From IMG/VR virus record IMGVR_UViG_3300031414_000005: a stretch of DNA of 64,000 bases, one strand, 5' to 3'. Position numbers and translations under genes: made by a program. Below the pieces are notes generated by a model. The model did no database searches and had not been told where the DNA came from. It saw only the letters and a program-made list of their open reading frames with translations. Source of the DNA: a virus (lineage: Duplodnaviria > Caudoviricetes). Within the stretch, counting starts at the first letter, position 1. Each line of letters opens with the position of its first letter. Below, in pieces: positions 52,918 through 62,615 of the stretch.

Positions 52918-53535
52918 TCATTTACTTTTGGCTTGGTCCTCGTAGTAATCAATGGTCGCTTGCAGTTGACTCACCTGCGCTTCCAATTGAAGAATACGGG
53001 CTTTATCAGTGGAAGCGTTGGTGATCTTTTCCAACCGGGCGGCTTCATTCAGGCGGTACTGCTCTGCGCTGATAAACCCGGTACTGGGAATGACCCCAAC
53101 CGTGACCGTGGCGGTTACCCCGATGGTGGCTAACGTCTCATCGATTAGCCGTTGCTTTAATGTGGTGAGGGTGTCTCGCAACTCAGCCGGCACCAGACCA
53201 CAATCAATGCCCAGGATTAAACGCTCTTGCAGAACCCCGTTATCATCCGGATAGGTGTCGATGTACGTGGACGGGATGTACACCGGTGCACGGGTACCGG
53301 AGGTTAAGGTGATGATGTCCGCATTGGCGTCCAGGTCCACCTGGTATTGCACCGCGGTTAAGCCGGCCGGGGTGTAAACCTGCGCCACCACATCAACGTC
53401 TTCGCCCAGCATCTCTGGAATCGTGCGCGTGGCAGAAACCGTGTAGCGGGTGTTAGGGTCGAGCAGTGCATCAAACGGTGTCTTGGCAGTGAACTTACCT
53501 GTGACACGTAGCGGGGGAGTAATACTGGTGGCCAC
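52918..53535 (-). CDS. putative virion structural protein
   Basis: Co-oriented with 53549..54868 under a TATG promoter; GGAGG RBS. Confidence 0.65.
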   Translation of the reverse strand: MATSITPPLRVTGKFTAKTPFDALLDPNTRYTVSATRTIPEMLGEDVDVVAQVYTPAGLTAVQYQVDLDANADIITLTSGTRAPVYIPSTYIDTYPDDNGVLQERLILGIDCGLVPAELRDTLTTLKQRLIDETLATIGVTATVTVGVIPSTGFISAEQYRLNEAARLEKITNASTDKARILQLEAQVSQLQATIDYYEDQAKSK

Positions 53536-53548
53536 AGGCCCTCCTTAC

Positions 53549-54868
53549 TTACGAAGCGGTTTGAATCGATTGCAGGTACCCTTTGGTGACCATCAGGTAT
53601 TTGACCCCGTTGATCGTCTTAGTGGTGTACAGCACCCCATCACGCTCGGCCCGCGATACCTCGATCGGTACCTCGGTGTCTTCGGTCATGGTTTCCGCTG
53701 CCAGCAACATCTGTTCAACCGCCAGAATGAAATCCGTGGTGGCTTTGGTCATGAGATCAAAGTCTTTGTCACGGCTTGGAATCAGGCTGTAATCCGGGTA
53801 CAAGGTGCGCAGTTTGATCAACCCATCCCGGTTCGTCGGTTTCCCCAAGGTCAGGATATTGATCGACTTGTACAGACTCGGAAAAGTCTGAAGGGATTTT
53901 ATGATGTGAGTTTGTTCAAAATTACGAAAGACCTTTGTCGGTTGGTCGAGCAGGGTTTCATAATCGCCTACAGGTGAGTACTGCGCCTGTTGGGTGGTCT
54001 TGTTAGGAATCCCGTTCTCTAACCAGTTCGGCAACAGATAGAACTCCATGGGATTAAAAAGATCAGGCAGGACCTCTTCCCATTCTTCCCGTGTGTGTTT
54101 TGAACTCCCCAGGATGGTATTGCGAATCGCTTCGTAGATATCGTCTTCGCTCACCGCACTACCGCCATAATAGACAATTGTCCAGTATGCATCGTTGGTA
54201 TTGGGTTTGTTTACCGTATCATGCACAGCAAAACCATACGTCTTCAGGCCAGACTCTGGGTACTTTGATCGGGCAGCATTCAGTCGGGTGACAAACTTGT
54301 CCTGGGTTTCCTGTGCCAACCGGGTGGCGACATTCTTGTAGTTTTGAAACAAGGCGTCGATTTCACTGTCTGGCACAGGGCCTACGACCAGGTATTCCCG
54401 ACGTGGGTACTGTACTGAAAAGGCACCGTCAGCGAACCAGATCTTGACATTGATCTCGCTGTTGGTCTTCAGGTTACCCGAGAACCAAGCAGGCATCCAG
54501 ATCGTCCCGTTGGTTTCCATTTCCCCAATGGTCAGGTTATCCCAGACACTGTCGAACTCCGCTTTGAGTTGCTGGAGCGCAGTGGCACCGGAATCCGTCA
54601 GGTTACCCGCGTTGGCTTGATTATAGATCCACGAACACAACTTTAGAATGCCATCTGACAGAGCATCCGGCAAGGCTGCGTGGTCGTTGCCGATCTCAGA
54701 AACAAATGCCATCAAGGTGACATTTGGGTACGTGGTGTTGTCATACACCCCGATATCTTTTGAGAACGACACAGATTGGCTGGACAACTCACCGAGCGGT
54801 GAGGTCGTGAGTTTGGTGTTATCGAAAAGAGCAGGTATTGCGCAGAAACCCAATACGGCGTTACTCAT
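53549..54868 (-). CDS. putative phiKZ-like virion structural protein
   Basis: 439 aa; late promoter motif upstream; synteny next to RNase H as recalled for phiKZ-like phages. Confidence 0.7.
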   Translation of the reverse strand: MSNAVLGFCAIPALFDNTKLTTSPLGELSSQSVSFSKDIGVYDNTTYPNVTLMAFVSEIGNDHAALPDALSDGILKLCSWIYNQANAGNLTDSGATALQQLKAEFDSVWDNLTIGEMETNGTIWMPAWFSGNLKTNSEINVKIWFADGAFSVQYPRREYLVVGPVPDSEIDALFQNYKNVATRLAQETQDKFVTRLNAARSKYPESGLKTYGFAVHDTVNKPNTNDAYWTIVYYGGSAVSEDDIYEAIRNTILGSSKHTREEWEEVLPDLFNPMEFYLLPNWLENGIPNKTTQQAQYSPVGDYETLLDQPTKVFRNFEQTHIIKSLQTFPSLYKSINILTLGKPTNRDGLIKLRTLYPDYSLIPSRDKDFDLMTKATTDFILAVEQMLLAAETMTEDTEVPIEVSRAERDGVLYTTKTINGVKYLMVTKGYLQSIQTAS

Positions 54869-54900
54869 GGCGTATTCCTTTTTGAAACGATTAAACTAAA

Positions 54901-54908
54901 CATACGAT
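54901..54908 (-). promoter_or_regulatory. candidate late promoter (ATCGTATG)
   Basis: CATACGAT on + strand, 32 nt upstream of the minus-strand structural gene. Confidence 0.55.
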
Positions 54909-54945
54909 TCACTGACAATCGGTATATAAGAATAGAGGTATTACT

Positions 54946-55374
54946 GTGGGCACTGTTTTCATTCGCTTGCTGTATTTTTTGTTGCCGTACCTCGTGAAGA
55001 ACTCCAAGCGGTTTATGAGCGACGGGCGTTCTCATCACACGGTGTCGGACAAGTTACGTAAAGCGTATTTCATTATTGTTGCTTTGGTCATGATCGTTAT
55101 CATGGGGTTTGGTTACGGTGGCTACCGTTATTATATCCTGTTCAAGAGTCAGCGCGTGTTGGAAGAGTCAGTGGCGGATTTGCGCCGGGCCCAACCAGAC
55201 AGCAAACTGGCGGCGGACGTTGTGGGACAGAACCAAAAACTGCTGCACAACATTACCGACCTGATCACCTTGAACCGGGATCTGCAAGACCAGAACCTGA
55301 AACTCAGCAACGAAAACAAAACGTATCGTTGGAAGCTGGGTATCGATGACGAAGGCAATCCGTTGAACAAGTAA
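54946..55374 (+). CDS. membrane protein with coiled-coil
   Basis: GAGG+GTG start; TM segment AYFIIVALVMIVIMGFGY; heptad-rich tail. Confidence 0.7.
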   Translation: MGTVFIRLLYFLLPYLVKNSKRFMSDGRSHHTVSDKLRKAYFIIVALVMIVIMGFGYGGYRYYILFKSQRVLEESVADLRRAQPDSKLAADVVGQNQKLLHNITDLITLNRDLQDQNLKLSNENKTYRWKLGIDDEGNPLNK

Positions 55375-55435
55375 AAAATAACGCAGTACCGTATTGTTTG
55401 TAAACGGATTGCTGAATATTTCCAGAGGTCAAAAA

Positions 55436-56935
55436 ATGAGTGATGTAAAACCCGATGACGTTGAAGCGTCAAAGACATGTTTGGTGCTTTATACCGATGG
55501 TGGCGCACGCCCGAATCCTGGCAATGCCGGGTGGGGGTTGCACGGGTATTCATACCCATTGGTTGACAACGACAAACGTAAGAAGAAGAAACTGGCCACC
55601 GGTGTCCCGACCAAAATCGGGTACTACGTGAACCAGAAAGTCAGTGAAGATGATGTCGTCCGGCCTGAGCGCATTTATGAGTTCGCGGGCGGCATCTCTA
55701 CCAACGGCACCAACAACCAGGGTGAAATGACGGCTACCCTTAATGGGCTGGAATTGGCCTTGGAAGTGGGTGCGCATAGCGTTAACATCATCAGTGATTC
55801 AGAATACACCGGCAAAGGTGTACGTGAAGGCATCCCTAAATGGAAAAAGGACAACTGGAAAACCAAAACCGGTGAAGACCGTCCGAACAAAGACATTTGG
55901 ATCAAGTTGGATACAGTCGTGCAGCAGCTGAAAGAACGCGGCACCATTGTTGACATCAGCTGGATCAAGGGGCACAACGGGCACAAGGGGAACTCTGAAG
56001 CGGATGCGCAAGCAACCAAAGGGGTGTACCTGGCTCGCAAGCAAGACTTCACACCGGTGCGTAACACCTATGAATTTGCTGATTACGACAAGTCGAGTCA
56101 TGGCATGTCGGCATTAGCATTTACCCCGCGGTGGTTTTATAATTCCGAGCGAGAAGATTTCTTTGAACGGAATGATGAAGGTTTCCGGGTGTATTACCTG
56201 GGACGTCAACCAGACGATAAAGAGTATTACGGTAAACCAACGCCTGATGTGACCTTTTCGGTGCTGTGGTCGCATGGTGGTGAACCGATTATCGATAAAC
56301 TGTTTGACTACAGTCGGAAACACTTGCCGAATCCAAAAGGCAATCTGTGTGTGGGTAACTTGCAGCGTGCGAAGTTGGCTACACAACACCGTGATTTGGT
56401 CGGGGGCGCGCAACCAGTGTATGACCTGAAGGATGGGGTGTATCTGGTGAACACGTCCGATGAGGTAGTGATGGAAGTGCGCAATCCACCGGGGATCTCT
56501 TACCGGGTAATGGAGTGTCTGCACAACGTTGAAGCGATTTTGCGTGAAGCCTTCCACGGCCGGACTTCTGACCAGTTGACTTTCCAGGATATCACGGCGT
56601 CATTCTTTACCGAGAAAGAAGCCAAAGGAAAGAAAACCTTTGAAGTGCGCAAAGACATCACACCGATTACGAAGTACGTCGATGTGATGGTGGATTTCCC
56701 AGGTGCAGTGAAGCCTGTGAAAACCCGCTTAACGTTTGAAATCGACTGCCCTTCTCGATCGGTATTCAATGCCATCAAGGGAGAGGACCCCCAGATCCTG
56801 TTGTTCATTGCGAAGGAAGGTACCGGCGGCTATCGCTACGGTACGATCGTGAAGACCAAGCAGGACTGGAGTGCAACAGCATCCGTACATGCAAATCTGC
56901 GCGTCTTATCGCTGGAGGAGCTTGGGAGGAAATGA
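55436..56935 (+). CDS. rnhA: RNase HI with long C-terminal extension
   Basis: LYTDGGARPNPG.AGWG, TNNQGE, SDSEY, NKDIW and WIKGH.GH.GN.EAD. Confidence 0.9.
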   Translation: MSDVKPDDVEASKTCLVLYTDGGARPNPGNAGWGLHGYSYPLVDNDKRKKKKLATGVPTKIGYYVNQKVSEDDVVRPERIYEFAGGISTNGTNNQGEMTATLNGLELALEVGAHSVNIISDSEYTGKGVREGIPKWKKDNWKTKTGEDRPNKDIWIKLDTVVQQLKERGTIVDISWIKGHNGHKGNSEADAQATKGVYLARKQDFTPVRNTYEFADYDKSSHGMSALAFTPRWFYNSEREDFFERNDEGFRVYYLGRQPDDKEYYGKPTPDVTFSVLWSHGGEPIIDKLFDYSRKHLPNPKGNLCVGNLQRAKLATQHRDLVGGAQPVYDLKDGVYLVNTSDEVVMEVRNPPGISYRVMECLHNVEAILREAFHGRTSDQLTFQDITASFFTEKEAKGKKTFEVRKDITPITKYVDVMVDFPGAVKPVKTRLTFEIDCPSRSVFNAIKGEDPQILLFIAKEGTGGYRYGTIVKTKQDWSATASVHANLRVLSLEELGRK

Positions 56936-57297
56936 TGGGTACGTTGATACACAGCTTGCAAGGCATGGTGGATCGCGTCAGAGCATATCTACAGGAAGAA
57001 GTGGTGGATCAGGATGCCGATCGTCGGTGTTTGTTAGTGGTGGCGTTAGCCCGCTACCGCGACCGTGAGGTTAATCTCAATGACCTGAATCGCCGCTACT
57101 CCCTGACCGCTGACGCCAGCCAGCTTAAACGCTATTACGACTTGTCAGTTTTTCTGCATGACCAGTTGGATACGGTGTTTGAGAAGGTGGATTTCCGCAA
57201 GCCCGACAATGTGATCGAAAGTTTACCGGAGTGGCTGGTGTACCACAATACCAACCAGCTACGCCGGGACATTATCCAGTTTGCTACGCGACATTGA
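56932..57297 (+). CDS. hypothetical protein
   Basis: ATGA overlap; GGAGG RBS. Confidence 0.7.
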   Translation: MMGTLIHSLQGMVDRVRAYLQEEVVDQDADRRCLLVVALARYRDREVNLNDLNRRYSLTADASQLKRYYDLSVFLHDQLDTVFEKVDFRKPDNVIESLPEWLVYHNTNQLRRDIIQFATRH

Positions 57298-57306
57298 TGT
57301 AACCTT

Positions 57307-57338
57307 AAAAGAGGAGCCCACACGGGCTCCTCTTATTT
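57307..57338. terminator. bidirectional terminator
   Basis: AAAAGAGGAGCCC-ACAC-GGGCTCCTCTTATTT between convergent genes. Confidence 0.85.
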
Positions 57339-57347
57339 CAGCGCTTT

Positions 57348-58127
57348 TTATTTTGCCAGACGTTTGGCGGTTTCGGTCAGGGCGTTACCGGTCTGGATCG
57401 TCAGAGCAAACACCGAGCCGGCAAAGGTCACAAACCGGGCCATTTCCATCAGCTTCTCGGCAATGAACTTGTTCCCGGTGGTGTCACCCAGGTCCACTTC
57501 ACCCGACTCCATGAGTTTGTACAGGATATCGCTCAGTTCGTCCGTACGCGCCACACGACGATGGAACTCAGCCGGGGCCGTGATCTTGACAGAACGCACA
57601 CCCTGGTTGAATTTCTCTACCGTTGCTGGGAACGCACCCAGTGAGGTAAATGCTTGGCCAAAGGTTACCGTGGTGGGTTTGTCGGTGATCCAGGTTTTCA
57701 GCGCATCCTGTTTTGCCAACATGGTCTTAAAATTCGGGGCCATGCTGATGTTCAGGTTGCCGTCGGAGATCACTTTACCTAACCAGCGATTAAACGCATC
57801 CAGCTCGCTTGAGGTGGTTTTATTTACCAACCACAGACATTCGGTCAGTGTGACCACAAAGTCGGTCATGTTGCCTTGGAAGCCGTCTGGTGTGATGATG
57901 AACTTCGGCATCAGATCCATGTAGTTCTTGCGGTCTTCAATCCCGCGGGCAGGACCGAGGTCAGCCACCACTAAGGGTTTACGAAACACATCCAATCCTT
58001 TGCGGATGTATGAGGACAGATCGAAGAGCAACCCCTTCATGCTGTCTTTCCAGGCCATGTCTTCCATCCCGGTGTTCGGTTGGAAAATAGTCTGTAACTG
58101 TTGTTCAAGAGATTGCAATTCGTTCAT
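57348..58127 (-). CDS. putative processed head protein
   Basis: N-terminal QSLE and TGMED match S/A/G-x-E; late promoter motif upstream. Confidence 0.65.
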   Translation of the reverse strand: MNELQSLEQQLQTIFQPNTGMEDMAWKDSMKGLLFDLSSYIRKGLDVFRKPLVVADLGPARGIEDRKNYMDLMPKFIITPDGFQGNMTDFVVTLTECLWLVNKTTSSELDAFNRWLGKVISDGNLNISMAPNFKTMLAKQDALKTWITDKPTTVTFGQAFTSLGAFPATVEKFNQGVRSVKITAPAEFHRRVARTDELSDILYKLMESGEVDLGDTTGNKFIAEKLMEMARFVTFAGSVFALTIQTGNALTETAKRLAK

Positions 58128-58164
58128 TGTAAATAGTCCCTAATAGGTCAACTGTAGTTTTAAA

Positions 58165-58172
58165 CATAGAAT
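58165..58172 (-). promoter_or_regulatory. candidate late promoter (ATTCTATG)
   Basis: CATAGAAT on + strand, upstream of 58127. Confidence 0.5.
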
Positions 58173-58221
58173 CTCTTTCTATAGGTCAAAAAGAACTTTT
58201 TCCAGTCAAGGAATCTAATCA

Positions 58222-59655
58222 ATGTTACTGCCAAGCTTCTCTGCTGCTATTAAACGTGCAGCCCCTATTCGTCCTGCTCTTAACCTTGGCCCAGGTTGGG
58301 ATATCATGTCCGGTGAGTACGTCGAAGGCGTGCACGGTGAGATGATCCTGAACGGCGGTATGTTTCCGTTCACCGGTGTGGCCGGTGGCACCAACAGTTT
58401 TAAAACGGGTATTCTCGCTCACTGGATGAGCCGTGTGCTGCACCGTTATGTCAACAGTAACTCTGTGTTCTATGACGCTGAGGAAACCTTTGTCCGCAGT
58501 CGTTTCTACCGTTTGTACGACCGTGTGTCTAATCAGACGGGTGCCGGTGAAGCGCTGGAGCACGAAGGTCGTTTTAACATGTTTGACCGTTCTGCTATGA
58601 CCGGTGATCAGTGGTTTGAAACCACCGTCAAAGAGTACAGCGACATGAAGGTCGAACACAAAGGGGCGATGGGTACCACCCCGTTCAGGAACCTGGATGG
58701 CACCCCGTACAAATACCCGCACCCGACCGCCAACTTTGCAGACTCCTTAACCGAGATGCGTTTCCGCTTGGTGGATGCTCGCTTTGAAGATAATGACATC
58801 GGTGCCAGCGAGTCCAACACCCGTGACATGCGCATCAGTAACGCCAAGCGTGTGCTGATCGAAGATATCCCGATGTACACCAACCGTGGGGGTATTTACG
58901 TCACCATGACCGCGCAGGTGGGTAAAGAGATCTCGATCGATGGCAAACCCCAGAAAAAGAAAACCACCTTTATGAAACAAGGTGAGAAGCTGGACAAATG
59001 CCCGCCAGCTTTCTATCGCCTACCGAATATCACCTGGATCATTGAAACCGGTGCGCCAGTGTTAGCCAGTGATAATAAATCCTGGATGTACCCGTCACCG
59101 TACGGCAAAGACTCTTTTGTTGGGGATGACGGTAAGAACAACCCGGATCTGATGGAGTACTCGGTTCGTCCACTGCGCAGTAAAGGGAACGGGGCCGGTG
59201 TGGCCTGGTCGTTCATTGCTTCACAGCGTGAAGGGTATCTGCCGGGTCTGACTGCGTACCACTTCTGTAAGTCAACCAACTACTTCGGTCTGCCGGGGAA
59301 CAACACCACCCATGAGTGTGCTTTCCTGCCGGGCAAGAAGTTTGGCCGTACCACCGTGCGTGAACTGCTGAACAAAGAGCCAAAGCTGGAGCGTGCATTA
59401 GAGTTCCTGATGGACATGGCGGTGATGCAATTGTATTGGTACGAGCGCGACCCAAAATACAACATCGACCCAGTGGATCTGTATAACACACTGAAAGATA
59501 AAGGGTATGACTGGGATGTGATCCTCACCCAAACACGGTCATGGTGGACCTATGAAGAAGATAAGCACCCGCTGAACTTCCTGAGCACCATGGACCTCCT
59601 GCGCATGTATACCGGTGAGTACCATCCGTATTGGATGGCACCGTTAGCGAAATAA
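58222..59655 (+). CDS. uvsX: phiKZ-type UvsX/RecA recombinase
   Basis: Variant P-loop TGVAGGTNSFKT, YDAE, FADSLT and MTAQVG; position between RNase H and the RNAP subunit. Confidence 0.75.
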   Translation: MLLPSFSAAIKRAAPIRPALNLGPGWDIMSGEYVEGVHGEMILNGGMFPFTGVAGGTNSFKTGILAHWMSRVLHRYVNSNSVFYDAEETFVRSRFYRLYDRVSNQTGAGEALEHEGRFNMFDRSAMTGDQWFETTVKEYSDMKVEHKGAMGTTPFRNLDGTPYKYPHPTANFADSLTEMRFRLVDARFEDNDIGASESNTRDMRISNAKRVLIEDIPMYTNRGGIYVTMTAQVGKEISIDGKPQKKKTTFMKQGEKLDKCPPAFYRLPNITWIIETGAPVLASDNKSWMYPSPYGKDSFVGDDGKNNPDLMEYSVRPLRSKGNGAGVAWSFIASQREGYLPGLTAYHFCKSTNYFGLPGNNTTHECAFLPGKKFGRTTVRELLNKEPKLERALEFLMDMAVMQLYWYERDPKYNIDPVDLYNTLKDKGYDWDVILTQTRSWWTYEEDKHPLNFLSTMDLLRMYTGEYHPYWMAPLAK

Positions 59656-59707
59656 TGTTTTGGTGTGGGGGTTAATACCCCCACATCTTTTATTGAGGTT
59701 TTTATTT

Positions 59708-60097
59708 ATGAGCGACGAGTTTCAGCCCCCGGGCAAAACCGCTTTCAACGTGATGGTCATCTGTGAGCCGGAGTTTAACCGTGCCGAACCCATCCCTTTA
59801 TTGGCCAAGATCGCTGAGGGATTAAGCGAACAATACGACAGCCTGGAGCTTCAGTTCCAGACCGTGAGTGGGAAATACGGTATCCGTGCTGGGCATGAAG
59901 TGCACGAGGCGTATCGCAGCCTGGTGATCCACGATATCGAAGACCGCACCAAAACCACGTTTGTGGACTGTGTGGAAAACCTGTTCTACGACATCGATCT
60001 GCTGGTGATCTTTGGCAAGCACAACAACTCGGTACTCAATGCGGTGTTGAGCAAATCCTTGGACCACCATATCTCAGGCAAAGTCTACGGCTATTGA
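59708..60097 (+). CDS. hypothetical protein
   Basis: GAGG RBS before ATG 59708. Confidence 0.7.
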   Translation: MSDEFQPPGKTAFNVMVICEPEFNRAEPIPLLAKIAEGLSEQYDSLELQFQTVSGKYGIRAGHEVHEAYRSLVIHDIEDRTKTTFVDCVENLFYDIDLLVIFGKHNNSVLNAVLSKSLDHHISGKVYGY

Positions 60098-60139
60098 GTC
60101 ATGTCAATCGTGTGACAAATATGCAATTGAGGTATTACC

Positions 60140-60817
60140 ATGGCTATGCCCGCTTACCGCAAAGAAATCCAGGAATGGATCATTGAGAAATACGGTAATC
60201 TGATCCCTGGGTCGGGTAACCGCGAGATCTACATCAATTACTTCGCCAAACTCAGCGATGCCGAGTTCGATGCAATGATGGAAAAGATGATCCGTGATGA
60301 CGACGTGTTTCCATTCTATTCTCCGAACTTCGATAAAGAGAAGCTCACCCCAGATCGCCTGTTTAAACTGGCTGACGAGGTGAACCTCGAATACATGCAA
60401 CGTCTGTGGATGAACGACCACACCACCGGGTTGCGTCACCTCACCCCCATCCCGTATCTGGTTGGTGAGATTCCCCTGCGTATCCAGCAACAGCTGTTGG
60501 TGAAAAAGCAATCAGAAGCCCGTGACAACAACGAGGTCGATGACTTGACTAACCAACCTCGTGGGGAGTCCAAAGGTGGCTCGCTGTCTTATCCTGAATT
60601 CCAGGTACTGTACACCATGGGATTGAAATACACCATCGAGGAGATATTCTCGGTTCGTGGTGGGGATGAGAAAGCGTTCCGTGCGTACACCAAAGAACTG
60701 GTGAACAACGGTGGGGTGTCTATCAATGCCGTGAAGGCTGAAGGCAGCAAGCCGAAATCCGCTAAAACGGTGGCTGCTGTGTTTAACGCCATGCACCTGG
60801 CCAACAACTTCGCATAA
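60140..60817 (+). CDS. virion RNA polymerase, beta subunit C-terminal fragment (phiKZ gp149-like)
   Basis: DDLTNQPRGESKGGSLSYPEFQVL..GL.YTIEEIFSVRGGD parallels the beta C-terminal SLVTQQP.GG.A..GGQRFGEME..AL..YTLQE.LTVKSDD. Confidence 0.85.
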   Translation: MAMPAYRKEIQEWIIEKYGNLIPGSGNREIYINYFAKLSDAEFDAMMEKMIRDDDVFPFYSPNFDKEKLTPDRLFKLADEVNLEYMQRLWMNDHTTGLRHLTPIPYLVGEIPLRIQQQLLVKKQSEARDNNEVDDLTNQPRGESKGGSLSYPEFQVLYTMGLKYTIEEIFSVRGGDEKAFRAYTKELVNNGGVSINAVKAEGSKPKSAKTVAAVFNAMHLANNFA

Positions 60818-60825
60818 GGTCTGTT

Positions 60826-61386
60826 ATGAGCCGAGAACAATTAGGGGCATTGCTCCAGCTGATCCAACCTACACGTTCCGCGCCCGGCACCCAGTTAGAC
60901 CGGGCTAAAGCCGCAATGTGCCAGTTTTGCTCTGAGTGGTACACCGACATCAGGCTCAGCTATCTCAACGAACCCAAGAAACTGGATGAGGACGACGAAT
61001 ACAAAGCCGTCCGGGGTCTGGTGCTGGAAAAGGTCCATGGGATCAACAGTGTGCGCTTCTTAAAAGACGACGTGGTCAAGACCTTGTGGCGCGAGCTCTC
61101 TGCCAGCCCCATCAAGTTTAACTTCGTGCACGCAGCCTCATCGTACCTGTCCAACCAGATTGCCACAATCGACTCAACCGGTTGGGCGACCTTGATCGAT
61201 GAGATCAGTCGGGCAGAATCAGCACTGAGTGACTCCAAGACCGTCGATGACGCGTCCCGCAGCGAGAACCTGGAACTGTTGCCGAACCTCACCCTGGTGA
61301 AAACCCTGCTGGAAAACTACCCGTGGATGGTCACGTTGTATGTGATCATGCGCTGTCGTTACACCAAACTGTTCACCGAGGTGTGA
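60826..61386 (+). CDS. hypothetical protein
   Basis: AAGG RBS; follows the RNAP subunit. Confidence 0.75.
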   Translation: MSREQLGALLQLIQPTRSAPGTQLDRAKAAMCQFCSEWYTDIRLSYLNEPKKLDEDDEYKAVRGLVLEKVHGINSVRFLKDDVVKTLWRELSASPIKFNFVHAASSYLSNQIATIDSTGWATLIDEISRAESALSDSKTVDDASRSENLELLPNLTLVKTLLENYPWMVTLYVIMRCRYTKLFTEV

Positions 61387-61387
61387 C

Positions 61388-62104
61388 ATGAACGACAATC
61401 AAATCGGGATCCTGGCTGAGCTTGACGTGTTTCTGGATGCGCGTCTGGCGGTGTTGAAATCCATGGAGCCAGATAACTGGCAGGCATTGTTCGGTAGTTG
61501 GTACCGGGAACGCACCAGTGACAACTTTGAACGGGTCAACACCAACGTGAGCCAGGCCGCGTACGAAGCACTGTACGAAACCCGTGGCACCGACTTGTTC
61601 CAGCACATGGACATGACCCCGCTGGCCAACCAGCTTACCCACCTGGTGTTAAACCGGGCCGGGGTATTGGGGATGCCGGTGACCACACAGGTCATCGACC
61701 TGGATGTCAATTTCTACCCGTACCAGATGAGCGATGAAGACAAAGAGTTCGTGTTGTCATGCATTGGCGCTTACACCAGTCAGGTGGTGCAACTTCATGC
61801 GGTGTACCTGTCGCCTGAGGAGATCACCCCGGCTAAAGTCAAAGCCCAATGGCAACATGTCTTTATGTACGACTTCGACGGTTGGGTCGGCCCACACCTG
61901 GAGGCTTTGAAGTCCACGCCCTTACCGGGGGTCAACTTCTACATTCCCAAGCTTTACAAAAGCAGCAAGACACTGGAGGAGATCGCAAACTCCCGTGAAC
62001 GCCTCAGCAGTATCTCGCCGTTTGACTTCCAGGTGCAGTTAATGGTGGGGGTGTTTCAGCTGAACTATGTTGAGCCCGAACTCTACTCCGCAAAACCGAC
62101 TTAA
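61388..62104 (+). CDS. hypothetical protein, possible HAD-like fold
   Basis: N-terminal ILAELDVFLDARL resembles a HAD motif I variant. Confidence 0.6.
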   Translation: MNDNQIGILAELDVFLDARLAVLKSMEPDNWQALFGSWYRERTSDNFERVNTNVSQAAYEALYETRGTDLFQHMDMTPLANQLTHLVLNRAGVLGMPVTTQVIDLDVNFYPYQMSDEDKEFVLSCIGAYTSQVVQLHAVYLSPEEITPAKVKAQWQHVFMYDFDGWVGPHLEALKSTPLPGVNFYIPKLYKSSKTLEEIANSRERLSSISPFDFQVQLMVGVFQLNYVEPELYSAKPT

Positions 62105-62106
62105 AT

Positions 62107-62130
62107 AGGGAGGGCGTTTGCCCTCCCTCT
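62107..62130. terminator. terminator between convergent genes
   Basis: AGGGAGGGC-GTTT-GCCCTCCCT. Confidence 0.75.
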
Positions 62131-62136
62131 GGTCTG

Positions 62137-62550
62137 CTAATCATGGCCAACGATTTGTTCAAAGGTGATGACTTCGGTGCCGATGTAGATTTCGTGTTCC
62201 GGAACATCGATTTCATCCAGCACCCCGTCAATATCCACCGGGACCGGAATCGCCTGGACCTCGACAGTATCGTGCGGGTTGCGGGCTTGGTCGAGAATTG
62301 CACCGGTCGCCATGGAAGCGGCGGCCAACAGTACCGCGGCGGCTGCCTGGACATCCTGGGAGTTCTGTGCATCCTGCGCCAGTTTCTTCTTGGACATCAC
62401 GATGCTCTCGGCATCCTTTAAGCCACCGAGATAGACCTTGGCCACTTTGGGGTCGACGTACGCCGATGGTTCCAGGACATCAAGCAGCCCTAGCCGCTTG
62501 TTCTGCATCCTTTTCAGGATCGCGTCGTCGTCTAAAGCTGATTCAGACAT
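62137..62550 (-). CDS. hypothetical protein
   Basis: GAGGTG RBS on the minus strand. Confidence 0.7.
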   Translation of the reverse strand: MSESALDDDAILKRMQNKRLGLLDVLEPSAYVDPKVAKVYLGGLKDAESIVMSKKKLAQDAQNSQDVQAAAAVLLAAASMATGAILDQARNPHDTVEVQAIPVPVDIDGVLDEIDVPEHEIYIGTEVITFEQIVGHD

Positions 62551-62561
62551 AACACACCTCG

Positions 62562-62596
62562 TTAAATAAAATTAGACCTATATTACTGTTATGTAA
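62562..62596 (+). promoter_or_regulatory. phiKZ-type early promoter (class A)
   Basis: TTAA-N12-CTATATTAC-N4-ATGTA. Confidence 0.8.
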
Positions 62597-62615
62597 TAGG
62601 TAACGGAGTATTCCA

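Noticed and set aside
54946-55374. Holin or spanin call
   Set aside because: A TM segment plus coiled-coil fits, but there is no adjacent endolysin or lipoprotein o-spanin signal in the window.
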